Of a stretch of 64,000 nt of DNA, positions 9,310 through 18,740 are shown piece after piece. Position 1 is the stretch's first letter. Each line of letters starts with the position of its first letter. The stretch lies in NCBI GenBank assembly GCA_049968255.1, contig JBMFRB010000003.1, positions 64,001 through 128,000 of the forward strand, in the 5' to 3' direction. The position numbers were made by a program, and so were the translations under genes. Under the pieces are notes generated by a model. The model was not told the origin of the DNA and made no database searches. It saw nothing but the letters and a program-made list of their open reading frames with translations. This DNA comes from Candidatus Sumerlaeaceae bacterium. GTDB taxonomy: Bacteria > Sumerlaeota > Sumerlaeia > Sumerlaeales > Sumerlaeaceae.

Positions 9310-11148
9310 ATGGTGCGGGATGTGCTAAGGAGCGAACCAATCACGCACGAAAAGCCTCGGCGTCGAGCTCGGTATGCGCCAGCAGGGAATGAACCGCGCT
9401 TGCTAAGTTGGCTGGTGCTTACGCTTGCGATCGCAGCGGCGTGGAGCTTTGCCTTCGTGCCCCTGCGAGCCTCGCAGGACGAATGGTGGCATCTCAAAGC
9501 GGGCAAGTGGATCGTCGAACACGGCCGCCTGCCTGAAACCGATATTTTCACGTATGCAGGGGAAGGTCTGCGTTGGTATAACCACGAATGGCTGGCGCAA
9601 ATGCTTTTCTACGCAATCTATCATGCGGGGGAAAAGTGGCTTTGGGGAGGGCTTCGCACGCTAATCACCTTCAAGTCTCTTATTGTGGTAGCCACTTTTG
9701 CTCTCGTAGCCTGGACAGCGATGCGACGCTGCGCATCAAGGAGCGTCGCTAGTCTCGTGGCGCTTGTGATGGCCGATGTGGCGCGGCGGACCATTTATCC
9801 TCGGCCGCCAATTCTCTCCTACCTTTTACTGGCGAGCTTTGCTGCCGTGCTTTGGCAGTGGCGAGCACGCCGTTTGCGAACGCGCTGGCTTTGGGCGCTC
9901 CCCCTTGTCACCGTGCTTTGGGCGAACCTACACGGAATGGTGCCGCTGGCGGTGGCCATTGTGGGTGCATTTGCTGCGGGAGAATTCATGGACTGCGTGG
10001 GCCTAGCTTGGGCAAGCCGTGGCGCACCAGAGCGGCGGCGCTCCGCTGCGCATCGCATGATCTGGATGCAAGTGCGCCGGGGGCTGTTGCTTGCTGGCCT
10101 CGCGTTGGTATGCACTGTGGCCGCCATGGTGAACCCTTCCGGCGCTCATATCTTTTTCTTAGGGCGCAAGTTTACGGCTGACCCGGTGCTGCAAAAAGTG
10201 ATAGCGGAAATGCTACCCACGCCGGGGTTGCTTGCGCGTGTGGAGTCCGCTCGCGGCGTCATATGGACGTGGAATCCGCTCTACGTCTCGTTTTGGTGTT
10301 CGCTTGCGTTGTTTGGGATTTTGCTCGTGCGTCGCGGCGGCCGCCTGCCTACCGGGGTCGATTACGTGCTGGCGGGATTATTCATCTATCAGGCCGTTAT
10401 GCACGTCCGGCTGTTACCTCTCTATGCCGTGACCTGTGCACCGACGCTTGCCGTGCTTCTCAAAGACGAGCTTGCGACGCTCAGGCGGCGCTTTGGAAGA
10501 CTGGCGGCTTATTTGCCTGCGCTTGCCGCGTCAGTGATATTTTCCTATTATGTTTTCATTGTTGCCGAACCGCCGCCCCAAACGTTTTTCCGCCGTAACT
10601 TGGATCTGCTCCGCGGTAAGGATCGCGAGCCTGCCGATTATCCCACGCCGGTCATGCAATTTATTCTTCGCGTTGGCTTCCCTGATCGCATGTTCAGCGA
10701 GATCAATTACTGCGGCTACATGATCTGGTGGTTGAGTCCTGAGCATCATAAGCTTTTCACGGATAACCGCTTCGACCTTTTCGGAAGCCGCTTCTATCTG
10801 GAGGAGGCCACAGTGGTGCACGGTGTTGAACGCGCGGAGGCTCGCATCGGGCGTGGGTGGCAAGACATACTTGATGATTATGGGGTGAACTTTGTTGTGA
10901 TTTCGCGAAGTGCCCCGCTCAACGCCAAGCTTCGTGCAAGTGGGAGGTGGGCTCAAGTGTACTACTGGATTCCGCCGGACTGTTCGCCCACGGTGGGATT
11001 TAATGTGTGGTTGCGGCGGGAGGAGCGATTCCGCGCGTTGCACGACCGCGCTTTCCAGATTTTCCGGCAGGAGCGACCGACGGCGCTGCTACCGGATGAA
11101 TTTGAGCAATGGCTGGCAAGCAACGGGCACAAGGCGCCCACTCTGTGA
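9310..11148 (+). CDS. Multi-pass membrane protein, GT-C-like putative glycosyltransferase
   Basis: Many hydrophobic segments; DEWWHLKAG after TM1, NHEWL, RP, LWANLHG, late FTDNRFDLFG soluble domain. Start uncertain. Confidence 0.7.
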   Translation: MVRDVLRSEPITHEKPRRRARYAPAGNEPRLLSWLVLTLAIAAAWSFAFVPLRASQDEWWHLKAGKWIVEHGRLPETDIFTYAGEGLRWYNHEWLAQMLFYAIYHAGEKWLWGGLRTLITFKSLIVVATFALVAWTAMRRCASRSVASLVALVMADVARRTIYPRPPILSYLLLASFAAVLWQWRARRLRTRWLWALPLVTVLWANLHGMVPLAVAIVGAFAAGEFMDCVGLAWASRGAPERRRSAAHRMIWMQVRRGLLLAGLALVCTVAAMVNPSGAHIFFLGRKFTADPVLQKVIAEMLPTPGLLARVESARGVIWTWNPLYVSFWCSLALFGILLVRRGGRLPTGVDYVLAGLFIYQAVMHVRLLPLYAVTCAPTLAVLLKDELATLRRRFGRLAAYLPALAASVIFSYYVFIVAEPPPQTFFRRNLDLLRGKDREPADYPTPVMQFILRVGFPDRMFSEINYCGYMIWWLSPEHHKLFTDNRFDLFGSRFYLEEATVVHGVERAEARIGRGWQDILDDYGVNFVVISRSAPLNAKLRASGRWAQVYYWIPPDCSPTVGFNVWLRREERFRALHDRAFQIFRQERPTALLPDEFEQWLASNGHKAPTL

Positions 11149-11189
11149 GGCCCAGACTGCCACAGACCCTAAGCTAAGGATTAATCGAC

Positions 11190-12416
11190 ATGGCTGAGAT
11201 CAAACTCAACAAACCCCTCTACGAGGAAAAGGCTGGTAGCGAAAGCTGTGCCAGCGGCACCTGCCCAACAGTTGGGCGCCAGCCACGACCGCCACGGCCC
11301 GGCATCCTGACGCGTGCAGGCGCCGCGGTGATTGACCTACTGCTCCTTCATTTTATCGGACTATTCGTTATACGTTTTGCTGCGCAACCCATCATTGTGT
11401 TGGGCGACGCAGCACCATGGCTTGGCCTCGCCGTGGGTTGGCTCTATTTCGCCATCGGTGCGTCCTCACTGACTGGTGGCCGGACGCTGGGAAAAGTCAT
11501 TTTGCAGCTACGAACTGTTGACGTCACTGGCCCCGAGCTAGGATTCGCCAAGGCGGCAGCACGGTCGGCCTTGGTGTTGTGGCCGCTGGCATTGTTTCTC
11601 CTGGCCGACCGGATCGGCGAAACCTATGACCGTCCCGACACGCTTACACTTGCGCCCATGTGGGCGCGCGTCGCGGGGGCTGGTGTGTTCGGATGGTGGC
11701 TCGGAAATGTTTTGTTCGCGTCGTTCGATCCCTACGGTCGTGCGCTGTGGGATTGCTGGATCGGCTCAGTCGTCATTACATCCGACTGCGAGGCTGAGGC
11801 CTTAGGCGAGTTTATGCGCGCCGCGCGCATGGCTCAACAGCAACCAATGACGCCACGATCGGCGGTCGCGCTCGTGGTGACGTTTCTCATGTGTGTGGGC
11901 GGTTTTACCGCGATGGTGTGGTGGGAAGCTCAGAGGATGGCGCAGCTCCCCACGGAGGACCGTGAGCGCTTCATCGCTCAGAAAAAAAAGTTGTACGTTC
12001 CTGGCTTTGGTCAGCCCGTGCCGCTTGGACCATCGCGTGGGACGGAGCCTGGCGATGAACAAACGTCCACGGCCCATTTTCAGTACCGTCGCCGCGGGAC
12101 CATTGATACAAATGTGCTGAAAAATAATCCTGCCGTTGTAAGCAAGGCGCGCGAGCTTGCAGAAGTGAGTCTCGAAGAAATGCGTCGACTCGTCCGAAAC
12201 GAAAAAGCGGACGTGCCCCTTGACGCGTTGCCGGCGAAAGTTCGTTTTGATGTGGGCTTTGCCTCATATTGCGATTTGCTTTTCGCCTGGGATGCAGTGG
12301 AAGTTTTGACCTTCTCACACACAATCGCTTTGCGCGAAGAGCTCGAAGCCGTCAGACGCGGCCCTGCCCAAGATAAGCAAACGACCGCGACAGGGAGCAG
12401 TTCTGGAGCACGATGA
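11190..12416 (+). CDS. RDD-family membrane protein with C-terminal soluble domain
   Basis: RAGAAVID, GRTLGK..LRTV, RALWD..GSVV; further TM helix then a soluble region. Confidence 0.8.
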   Translation: MAEIKLNKPLYEEKAGSESCASGTCPTVGRQPRPPRPGILTRAGAAVIDLLLLHFIGLFVIRFAAQPIIVLGDAAPWLGLAVGWLYFAIGASSLTGGRTLGKVILQLRTVDVTGPELGFAKAAARSALVLWPLALFLLADRIGETYDRPDTLTLAPMWARVAGAGVFGWWLGNVLFASFDPYGRALWDCWIGSVVITSDCEAEALGEFMRAARMAQQQPMTPRSAVALVVTFLMCVGGFTAMVWWEAQRMAQLPTEDRERFIAQKKKLYVPGFGQPVPLGPSRGTEPGDEQTSTAHFQYRRRGTIDTNVLKNNPAVVSKARELAEVSLEEMRRLVRNEKADVPLDALPAKVRFDVGFASYCDLLFAWDAVEVLTFSHTIALREELEAVRRGPAQDKQTTATGSSSGAR

Positions 12417-12604
12417 CTGCAGTAGGCCTGAACCGCCTTCGATTTTTCGAAGCCGCTTGGCGGATGACATGGCACACGCAGGCCGCTCGTGCTAGCGAGA
12501 GCTCCCGAGACCAGAGCGGTTCCTCCTCCGCGCTAATTCTGTAGGTTGGCCTACGGCGGCTTGCTCTTACGCAGCACGAGCCCCCAGTAAGCTCGACAGT
12601 TGCG

Positions 12605-14176
12605 CTATTTCTCTTTTTCGCGACTTTGCGCGATACTAGCCGCATCCGATTGGGAAAGAGGCGCAGGGATGCGCGGCGGTGCTCCATTGAAATACATGAC
12701 AAAGTCATCGTGCGTCCCCTCGATACCATCACGGCCGGGCGCAATAAGAAGCCCCCCGGAGTCGTTACTAAGGACGAAGCGATTGCCCCAAGAGTCGGTC
12801 ACTTCCTGTTCTTCAGCGACGCCGTCGGCCACCAGTTTTTTCACCGTGGGAAATGCGCCTCCATGCGCTTGCCTATAGTCGAGCGCCTTCAGCAGGATTG
12901 CCTCCATGCGCGAGCGAGTCGTGTCAATGCGCCGCTTGTCATCCTCGATAATTTGTTCAATTGTTTTGCTTTCACTCTGTTGCCCGGGGGGATTGAGCCA
13001 CAACTGAATGCGTTTGGCCAGCCAGGAGGGTTCTTTCTTTCCTCCTTCCTGCTCGCGCGGCATCAGCGCACTGGTCAGGGCCAAAGCCACGATAAAGATG
13101 CCGATGAGCGCAAGAATGTACGTGCGAGCACGCGAGGGCGGCTCGGGTTCGGGCAGTTCCCCCGCCTCAATACGCACGATGCCTTCTTGAACGTAAGAGT
13201 TAGCACCGGTCGCGCCTGCTACCGACCCTACGTCACCTAGCTCGTCCAGAAGCACGGTCTGCGCAACGTGCGGGTGGAGCTCTGTGGTGGAAGTCCGCCG
13301 CTCTTTGGCCAGCCGATGGATCTTTGCGGCCTCTAAATCTCGAATCAGCGATTCATAATCTTGATAGCGATTGTTGGGATCTTTCTCCATCATGCGACAA
13401 ATGATTTCGCTGATGTCGCCTGGGACCTTGGGGTTCACAAGGTAGGGCGGTGTGAGTGGTCGGTTGACATGCTGGAGCATGATCTGCATCGGCGTGTCGC
13501 CCTCGAACGGACACTGGTGCGTGACAAGTTCATAGAACGTGGCCCCAAGCGAGTAGATGTCCGAGCGGTGGTCCACCGTGCGCCCCAGGGCTTGCTCAGG
13601 CGCAATATAGCGCGGAGTGCCCACAACCACCCCTACAGCAGTGAGCAGCGACTTGTCCCACATCGATTTCGCGAGGCCGAAATCAATGATCTTGAGCACG
13701 AAATCGTTGGTGACGAGGAGGTTCGAGGGCTTAATATCGCGGTGGATAATGGTTTGCCGGTAAGCGTATTCGAGACCTCGCGCCGCCTGCAGGATAAAAT
13801 CCACAAGCTGCGAAAAAGGCAGCTCAACTCCGCCCCGCGCAAAGCGGTCGAGCGGTTCGCCTTCGATGTATTCCATCACGATAAAAGGTCGCTGATGTTC
13901 ATCGTGTTCGTAGGCCAGGATGCGCGCGATATTGGGGTGATCGAGCGTCATCGCATTGCGCGCTTCACGGTCAAAGCGGTGGAGTGCCTCAGGGTCGGAA
14001 TAGGCCTCGGGATCGAGCACCTTGATCGCAACGTGGCGATTAGTGCTCGGGTCAATGGCCTTGAGCACTTCGCCCATTCCGCCGCGGCCAAGCGAACGCA
14101 CGATCGTGTAGCGGCCAATGCGTCGGACGGTTACTTCCAGGCGTCCTCCCGGAACATTTGTGCTTTCAGAGGTCAT
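12605..14176 (-). CDS. Membrane Ser/Thr protein kinase with C-terminal GspG-like (pseudopilin head) domain
   Basis: GRGGMG, VAIK, HRDIKPSN, DFG, GTPRYIAPE; TM YILALIGIFIVALAL; then ALDY..GAFPT..L..DSWGNRF..IAPGRDGIEGTHDD. Confidence 0.9.
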   Translation of the reverse strand: MTSESTNVPGGRLEVTVRRIGRYTIVRSLGRGGMGEVLKAIDPSTNRHVAIKVLDPEAYSDPEALHRFDREARNAMTLDHPNIARILAYEHDEHQRPFIVMEYIEGEPLDRFARGGVELPFSQLVDFILQAARGLEYAYRQTIIHRDIKPSNLLVTNDFVLKIIDFGLAKSMWDKSLLTAVGVVVGTPRYIAPEQALGRTVDHRSDIYSLGATFYELVTHQCPFEGDTPMQIMLQHVNRPLTPPYLVNPKVPGDISEIICRMMEKDPNNRYQDYESLIRDLEAAKIHRLAKERRTSTTELHPHVAQTVLLDELGDVGSVAGATGANSYVQEGIVRIEAGELPEPEPPSRARTYILALIGIFIVALALTSALMPREQEGGKKEPSWLAKRIQLWLNPPGQQSESKTIEQIIEDDKRRIDTTRSRMEAILLKALDYRQAHGGAFPTVKKLVADGVAEEQEVTDSWGNRFVLSNDSGGLLIAPGRDGIEGTHDDFVMYFNGAPPRIPAPLSQSDAASIAQSREKEK

Positions 14177-14314
14177 GCTCGAGTTCCCACCATGCAATTA
14201 TAGCGGCGAGGTGCCCGTGTGTGTCAATGCAAACTCCGGCCAAAGCTCACCATGGGCCGGCCTTTATGTTTTTTGTCTTGCCAGGGATGCGTCGTCGCAT
14301 TTGCGTTAGGGCCT

Positions 14315-15061
14315 ATGAAAACGATATCGCTAGATGGACAAGTCGCCGTCGTGACGGGCGCTGGGCGTGGTATTGGCCGCGCTATTGTGGAAGAGTTTGT
14401 TCAAGCCGGTGCCGATGTGGTCATCGCTGACCTAGCGGAGATCCCCGCCGATTTGCTCGATTTTGTGAAGCAGCAAGGACGCCGCGCTGTGCCGGTGAGC
14501 GTGGACGTTTCGAAAGTGGCCGACTGCAACCGCCTCATCGAAACAGCGATCAGCGAATTCGGCAAAATTGATATCCTCGTCAACAACGCCGGCATCACGC
14601 GAGATGCGTTGCTTATGCGCATGGAAGAAGACGCATGGGACGCTGTGCTGGCCGTGAACCTCAAGAGCGTGTACGCGTGTAGTCGCGCGGCCATTAAGCA
14701 CATGATGAAAGCCCGAAGCGGGGTCATTATTAATATCAGTTCAGTGGCTGGCATCATGGGCAATGCTGGACAGTGCAATTACGCTGCCAGCAAAGCGGGC
14801 GTGATCGGGTTCTCGAAATCTTTGGCGCGTGAAGTCGCCGGCCGCAACGTACGGGTCAATTGCGTGGCGCCCGGTTTCATCCGCAGCAAGATGACGGATG
14901 TGCTCGACGAGAAAGTCAAGCAAGCGGTCGTTGCTCAGATTCCGCTGGGCCGCTTCGGCGAAGTCACCGATATTGCGCAAGCTGTGCTGTATCTCGCATC
15001 GCCCCTGGCCCAATATGTCACGGGCGCCGTCCTTGTCGTTGATGGCGGCATGAGCATGTAA
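14315..15061 (+). CDS. fabG: 3-oxoacyl-ACP reductase FabG
   Basis: TGAGRGIG, NNAGITRD, NYAASKAG, VAPGFI, VDGGM. Confidence 0.93.
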   Translation: MKTISLDGQVAVVTGAGRGIGRAIVEEFVQAGADVVIADLAEIPADLLDFVKQQGRRAVPVSVDVSKVADCNRLIETAISEFGKIDILVNNAGITRDALLMRMEEDAWDAVLAVNLKSVYACSRAAIKHMMKARSGVIINISSVAGIMGNAGQCNYAASKAGVIGFSKSLAREVAGRNVRVNCVAPGFIRSKMTDVLDEKVKQAVVAQIPLGRFGEVTDIAQAVLYLASPLAQYVTGAVLVVDGGMSM

Positions 15062-15095
15062 ATCGGCAGAATCCCCAAGTTCAGATCAAAGAGGG

Positions 15096-15145
15096 ACGTG
15101 GTGGTGCTCCCCGCGCGGGGAGAACACCACGTTTTTCTTTTTCTT
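15096..15145 (+). terminator. Intrinsic terminator after fabG
   Basis: Long near-perfect hairpin ACGTGGTGGTGCTCCCC-GCGC-GGGGAGAACACCACGT followed by TTTTCTTTTT. Confidence 0.85.
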
Positions 15146-15205
15146 GACCCCTATCAAGTATTCATGACTTGCGAAACGAAGCGGGGTTTGCCGACTAGGT
15201 AAAGC

Positions 15206-16231
15206 ATGCAAGGCGTGGCCATGGTGGTGGGACAAAAGCGCTCTCAGTTATGGAGAGCATGGTGCCTCGTACTTCTCAGTGTGGTGTTGCTCTCGAGCTG
15301 CGAGTGGATGTCTGGCTCGCAGGGGGGGCATTTTATATCGGGCACAGTGGAGTGCGACGAAGTTCGCGTGGCTTCACGCTACGGCGGGCGTGTGGAGAAA
15401 CTGTACGCTCGAGAAGGCGACGATTTGGCGCCGGCCGCAGTGATTGCCGAACTTGCTGCACCTGAGCTCGAAGCGCGACTGCGTCAGGCTCGCGCAGCGC
15501 TCGAGGAAGCGCTGAGCGGGCCTCGTCCCCAAGAAATTGCTAGCGCGAAAAGCGAATGGGAAGCACTCACCGCCGAGCTCGAATATGCGCGCAGCGACGC
15601 ACGCCGACTGCGTGAGCTTTACCAGCAAGGCACGACGGCCAAAGCCGAACTTGAGGCGGCAGAATCCAAAGCCGCGTACCTTGAGCGCAGTGCGGAGGCC
15701 GCGCGCAAGCGCTACGAACTGTTGCTGGCAGGCACGCGCGCGGAGCGCGTGGAGCAAGCGCGAGCACAAGTGGCGGAGCTCGAAGCCCAGCTCGCGGAGC
15801 TGCGTGTGACAGCCCCTCCGACGTCCGCTACGCTCGAGGTCCTGCCCGTGCGTGTGGGCGATGTTGTTGGGCCGAATCAGGATGTTGCCGTCCTCACCCT
15901 GCCGAATTCTCTCTACGTGCGCTTTTACGTGCCAGCGCCGTGGTTGAGCTTCCTTGCGATTGGCCAGAAGTTGCAGGTCCGGCCAGACGGGCGTCCGGGC
16001 AAATCCACGGAGGGGACCATTGAGCAAATCGCCCGTGCGGCAGAGTTCACCCCGCGCAACGTGCAGACCGAAGCCGACCGCATCGAGCAAGTGTACGGGG
16101 TAAAAGTGCGCCTGCCGGCCGAGCCATGGTTGCGAGCAGGCATGACGGTGGTCGGCCGATTCGAGCATATCTCGCTCCCCCCACCAGAATTCCAGAAGTC
16201 TGGGCGTTATTTGGGGGCGGCAGGCAAATGA
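15206..16231 (+). CDS. HlyD-family membrane fusion lipoprotein (YbhG-like)
   Basis: Lipobox LLSSC, SGTVE..VASRYGGRV, coiled coil, AEFTPRNVQT. Confidence 0.9.
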   Translation: MQGVAMVVGQKRSQLWRAWCLVLLSVVLLSSCEWMSGSQGGHFISGTVECDEVRVASRYGGRVEKLYAREGDDLAPAAVIAELAAPELEARLRQARAALEEALSGPRPQEIASAKSEWEALTAELEYARSDARRLRELYQQGTTAKAELEAAESKAAYLERSAEAARKRYELLLAGTRAERVEQARAQVAELEAQLAELRVTAPPTSATLEVLPVRVGDVVGPNQDVAVLTLPNSLYVRFYVPAPWLSFLAIGQKLQVRPDGRPGKSTEGTIEQIARAAEFTPRNVQTEADRIEQVYGVKVRLPAEPWLRAGMTVVGRFEHISLPPPEFQKSGRYLGAAGK

Positions 16232-17199
16232 ACGGCGACGAGGTCATTATCGAAGTCGAGGGGCTGACCCGGCGGTTCGGTCACTTCGTTGCCGTGGACG
16301 ATGTTTCGTTTCGTGTGCCACGCGCCAGCGTGTTTGGTTTGCTCGGTCCCAACGGCTCGGGCAAATCCACCCTGATTCGTATGCTGTGCGGCGTGCTGCG
16401 TCCCACCGCAGGACACGCTCGCATTGCAGGCTTCGATGTTGTCCGCGAGACGGAAAAGATCCAGGGCATCATTGGTTACATGTCGCAGCAATTCTCGCTC
16501 TACAACGAATTGACGGTGGAGGAAAATCTTACATTTTTTGCGCGGCTCCATGGACTGGGTCGCCAGCAGGCAACCCGGCGACGGGAGGAACTCATCGAGC
16601 GTTATGGTCTCGGACCCTACCGCGACCGTCTCGCGCAACGACTTTCCGGCGGCTGGCGGCAGCGCTTGGCCATGGCTTGCGCGCTTATCCACGAACCGCA
16701 GGTGCTCTTCCTCGATGAACCAACGGCAGGCATTGATCCCGTGGCGCGGCGCGAGTTGTGGGACCACCTTTTCGACCTTGCTGGGCACGGCGTGACGCTG
16801 TTTGTCACCACGCACTACATGGATGAAGCAGAGCGCTGCTCGCTGGTGGCCTATATCTACCTCTCGAAGCTTATTGCTGTGGGCGCACCGGATGAGCTCA
16901 AGCATCTGCCAGCGGTCACACCCGCCAACACGCATCGGCTTGATGTGACGTGCGAATATGTCATGCGCGGGTTGCGTGTTGTGCGCCAGCTCGAGGGCGT
17001 GATCAGCGCCACGGTGTTTGGACAATCCATGCACTTGCTTGTGCGCGACGATTTTGACGTGGAAAAGATGCGCCGCGCGCTGGCCGAGGTGGGCATCGCC
17101 GAGATTGATGTGCGCGCCATTCTGCCTTCGCTTGAAGACGTCTTCGTTGAGCTCACGCGGCTCAAGCTGCAGAACAACCACAGCAGAGGTGCAGCGTAG
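16228..17199 (+). CDS. ABC transporter ATP-binding protein (YbhF-like)
   Basis: GPNGSGKS, LSGG, FLDEPTAG, TTHYMDEAE; ATGA overlap with the upstream gene. Confidence 0.95.
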   Translation: MNGDEVIIEVEGLTRRFGHFVAVDDVSFRVPRASVFGLLGPNGSGKSTLIRMLCGVLRPTAGHARIAGFDVVRETEKIQGIIGYMSQQFSLYNELTVEENLTFFARLHGLGRQQATRRREELIERYGLGPYRDRLAQRLSGGWRQRLAMACALIHEPQVLFLDEPTAGIDPVARRELWDHLFDLAGHGVTLFVTTHYMDEAERCSLVAYIYLSKLIAVGAPDELKHLPAVTPANTHRLDVTCEYVMRGLRVVRQLEGVISATVFGQSMHLLVRDDFDVEKMRRALAEVGIAEIDVRAILPSLEDVFVELTRLKLQNNHSRGAA

Positions 17200-17201
17200 C
17201 G

Positions 17202-18320
17202 ATGCGGTTGTGGCGAACCTTTACGGCGATCGTGTATAAAGAATTCATAACGGTTTTCCGCGACCGCACCACGCTTTTCTTTATGTTCTTTCCGCCGCTG
17301 ATTCAGATCATAGCTTTCGGCTTTGCCCTCGATAACGATGTGAAGCACATGCGCACAATTATCTACGACGAGGACCGCACAGAGGACAGCCGAGCATTTG
17401 TGGAGGCGTTAGTAAGCACGAACACATTTCGGATTGTGGGTGAGGTCGGGAGCGTGCAGCAATTATCCTCGGCCCTGCGTGCGGGACGCGCCATCGTTGG
17501 CGTGCAAATTCCGCCGGACTATTCGCGTCGTCTGCGCGAAGGACGCAATGCTCAGATTCAAATTCTCATAGACGGATCGAACTCGACCCCGGCCCTGCAG
17601 GCGCTCAACACTGCTATGGGAATTGCCTTTCGAAAGTCTCTCACCACGCTGATGCGCGAAGCTCGACGCGATGCATTGCCCTTGGAAGTACGCCCGCAGG
17701 TTCTTTACAACCCCTCGTTACGTAGCCCGAATTTTTTCGTTCCCGGAGTGATCGGCATGGCGCTGCAAATTGCGACGGTCTTTTCCACCGCTTTGGCTCT
17801 TGTGCGTGAGCGCGAGCGCGGCACTCTCGAACAATTGCTCATAAGTCCGATTTCGCGATGGGGACTCATGCTCGGCAAAATTGTTCCCTATCTTGGGATC
17901 GCTCTGGTGATGGCGCTGGCGTTGTACGCTATTATGGTGGGCCTATTTCACGTCCCCATCGCGGGCGATACCGTTTCGCTGGCGGGGGCAACATTTGTTT
18001 ACGTGTTTGCGTTGCTTAGCCTCGGACTCCTTGTCTCGACCGTTGCGGAAAACCACATGCAGGCGTTTCAAATGACCATGGTTCTCATGCTGCCCTCGAT
18101 TTTTTTCTCCGGGTTCATATTTCCGCGCGATACGATGCCGCGAATATTTTATCTTATTAGCACTGTGCTTCCCGCGACTTATTTCATCGAGCTCGTGCGT
18201 GCCATCGTGCTTCGCGGTGCGCGGTTCGCTGAGTATGCCCACCATTTCGTCATTCTCAGCCTGATCGGCGCTCTGCTTTTTGTGGCATGTGCGCTACGGT
18301 TCCGTCGCACGCTTAGCTAA
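17202..18320 (+). CDS. ABC-2 permease (YbhS/YbhR-like)
   Basis: KEF..FRDR, YNP, RERERGTLEQL, FFSGFIFP; TM pattern. Confidence 0.93.
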   Translation: MRLWRTFTAIVYKEFITVFRDRTTLFFMFFPPLIQIIAFGFALDNDVKHMRTIIYDEDRTEDSRAFVEALVSTNTFRIVGEVGSVQQLSSALRAGRAIVGVQIPPDYSRRLREGRNAQIQILIDGSNSTPALQALNTAMGIAFRKSLTTLMREARRDALPLEVRPQVLYNPSLRSPNFFVPGVIGMALQIATVFSTALALVRERERGTLEQLLISPISRWGLMLGKIVPYLGIALVMALALYAIMVGLFHVPIAGDTVSLAGATFVYVFALLSLGLLVSTVAENHMQAFQMTMVLMLPSIFFSGFIFPRDTMPRIFYLISTVLPATYFIELVRAIVLRGARFAEYAHHFVILSLIGALLFVACALRFRRTLS

Positions 18321-18395
18321 GAAGACGACCCGCCCTGCCACATCGTGGATCACGAACCTGACGCATCCGGCCGATGTCGAGCCCCCACATCTTGG

Positions 18396-18632
18396 TCAGG
18401 AATCGAGGCGTCCCAACCAGCAAGAGGGACCGAAATCTTGCCACAACCGCTCGAAGCGTGGCGGGTAGATCATCTCGAAAAGTTCCAGGCGATCAGGAGC
18501 ATGCTGTCGGCAATATTCGCGCATCTCCTCGGTCTGGATGAGCACGTCTACCCATTCGATCTGACCATAAAGAATCAGATTTGCGATGCGATCACTCATG
18601 CGCTGAAGGGCTTCGGCGACGTCGTTGTCCAT
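18396..18632 (-). CDS. Small helical hypothetical protein
   Basis: 78 aa, RBS-like AGGTGAG upstream, protein-like composition (..PDRLELFEMIYPPRFERLWQDF). Confidence 0.7.
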   Translation of the reverse strand: MDNDVAEALQRMSDRIANLILYGQIEWVDVLIQTEEMREYCRQHAPDRLELFEMIYPPRFERLWQDFGPSCWLGRLDS

Positions 18633-18740
18633 CGCCGCTCACCTGCCTTTCTTTTATGAAGTATCAGGCAAAGCAGGCTTATCGTCAAGGGGCGCTCAGT
18701 GTGCGGTTCACGTTGGAGAAAATCAGCCGGGCAGAGCCCT

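Noticed and set aside
15103-15128. GTGCTCCCCGCGCGGGGAGAAC resembles a type I-E CRISPR repeat
   Set aside because: Single copy, no spacers or cas genes; fully explained as the stem of the fabG terminator.
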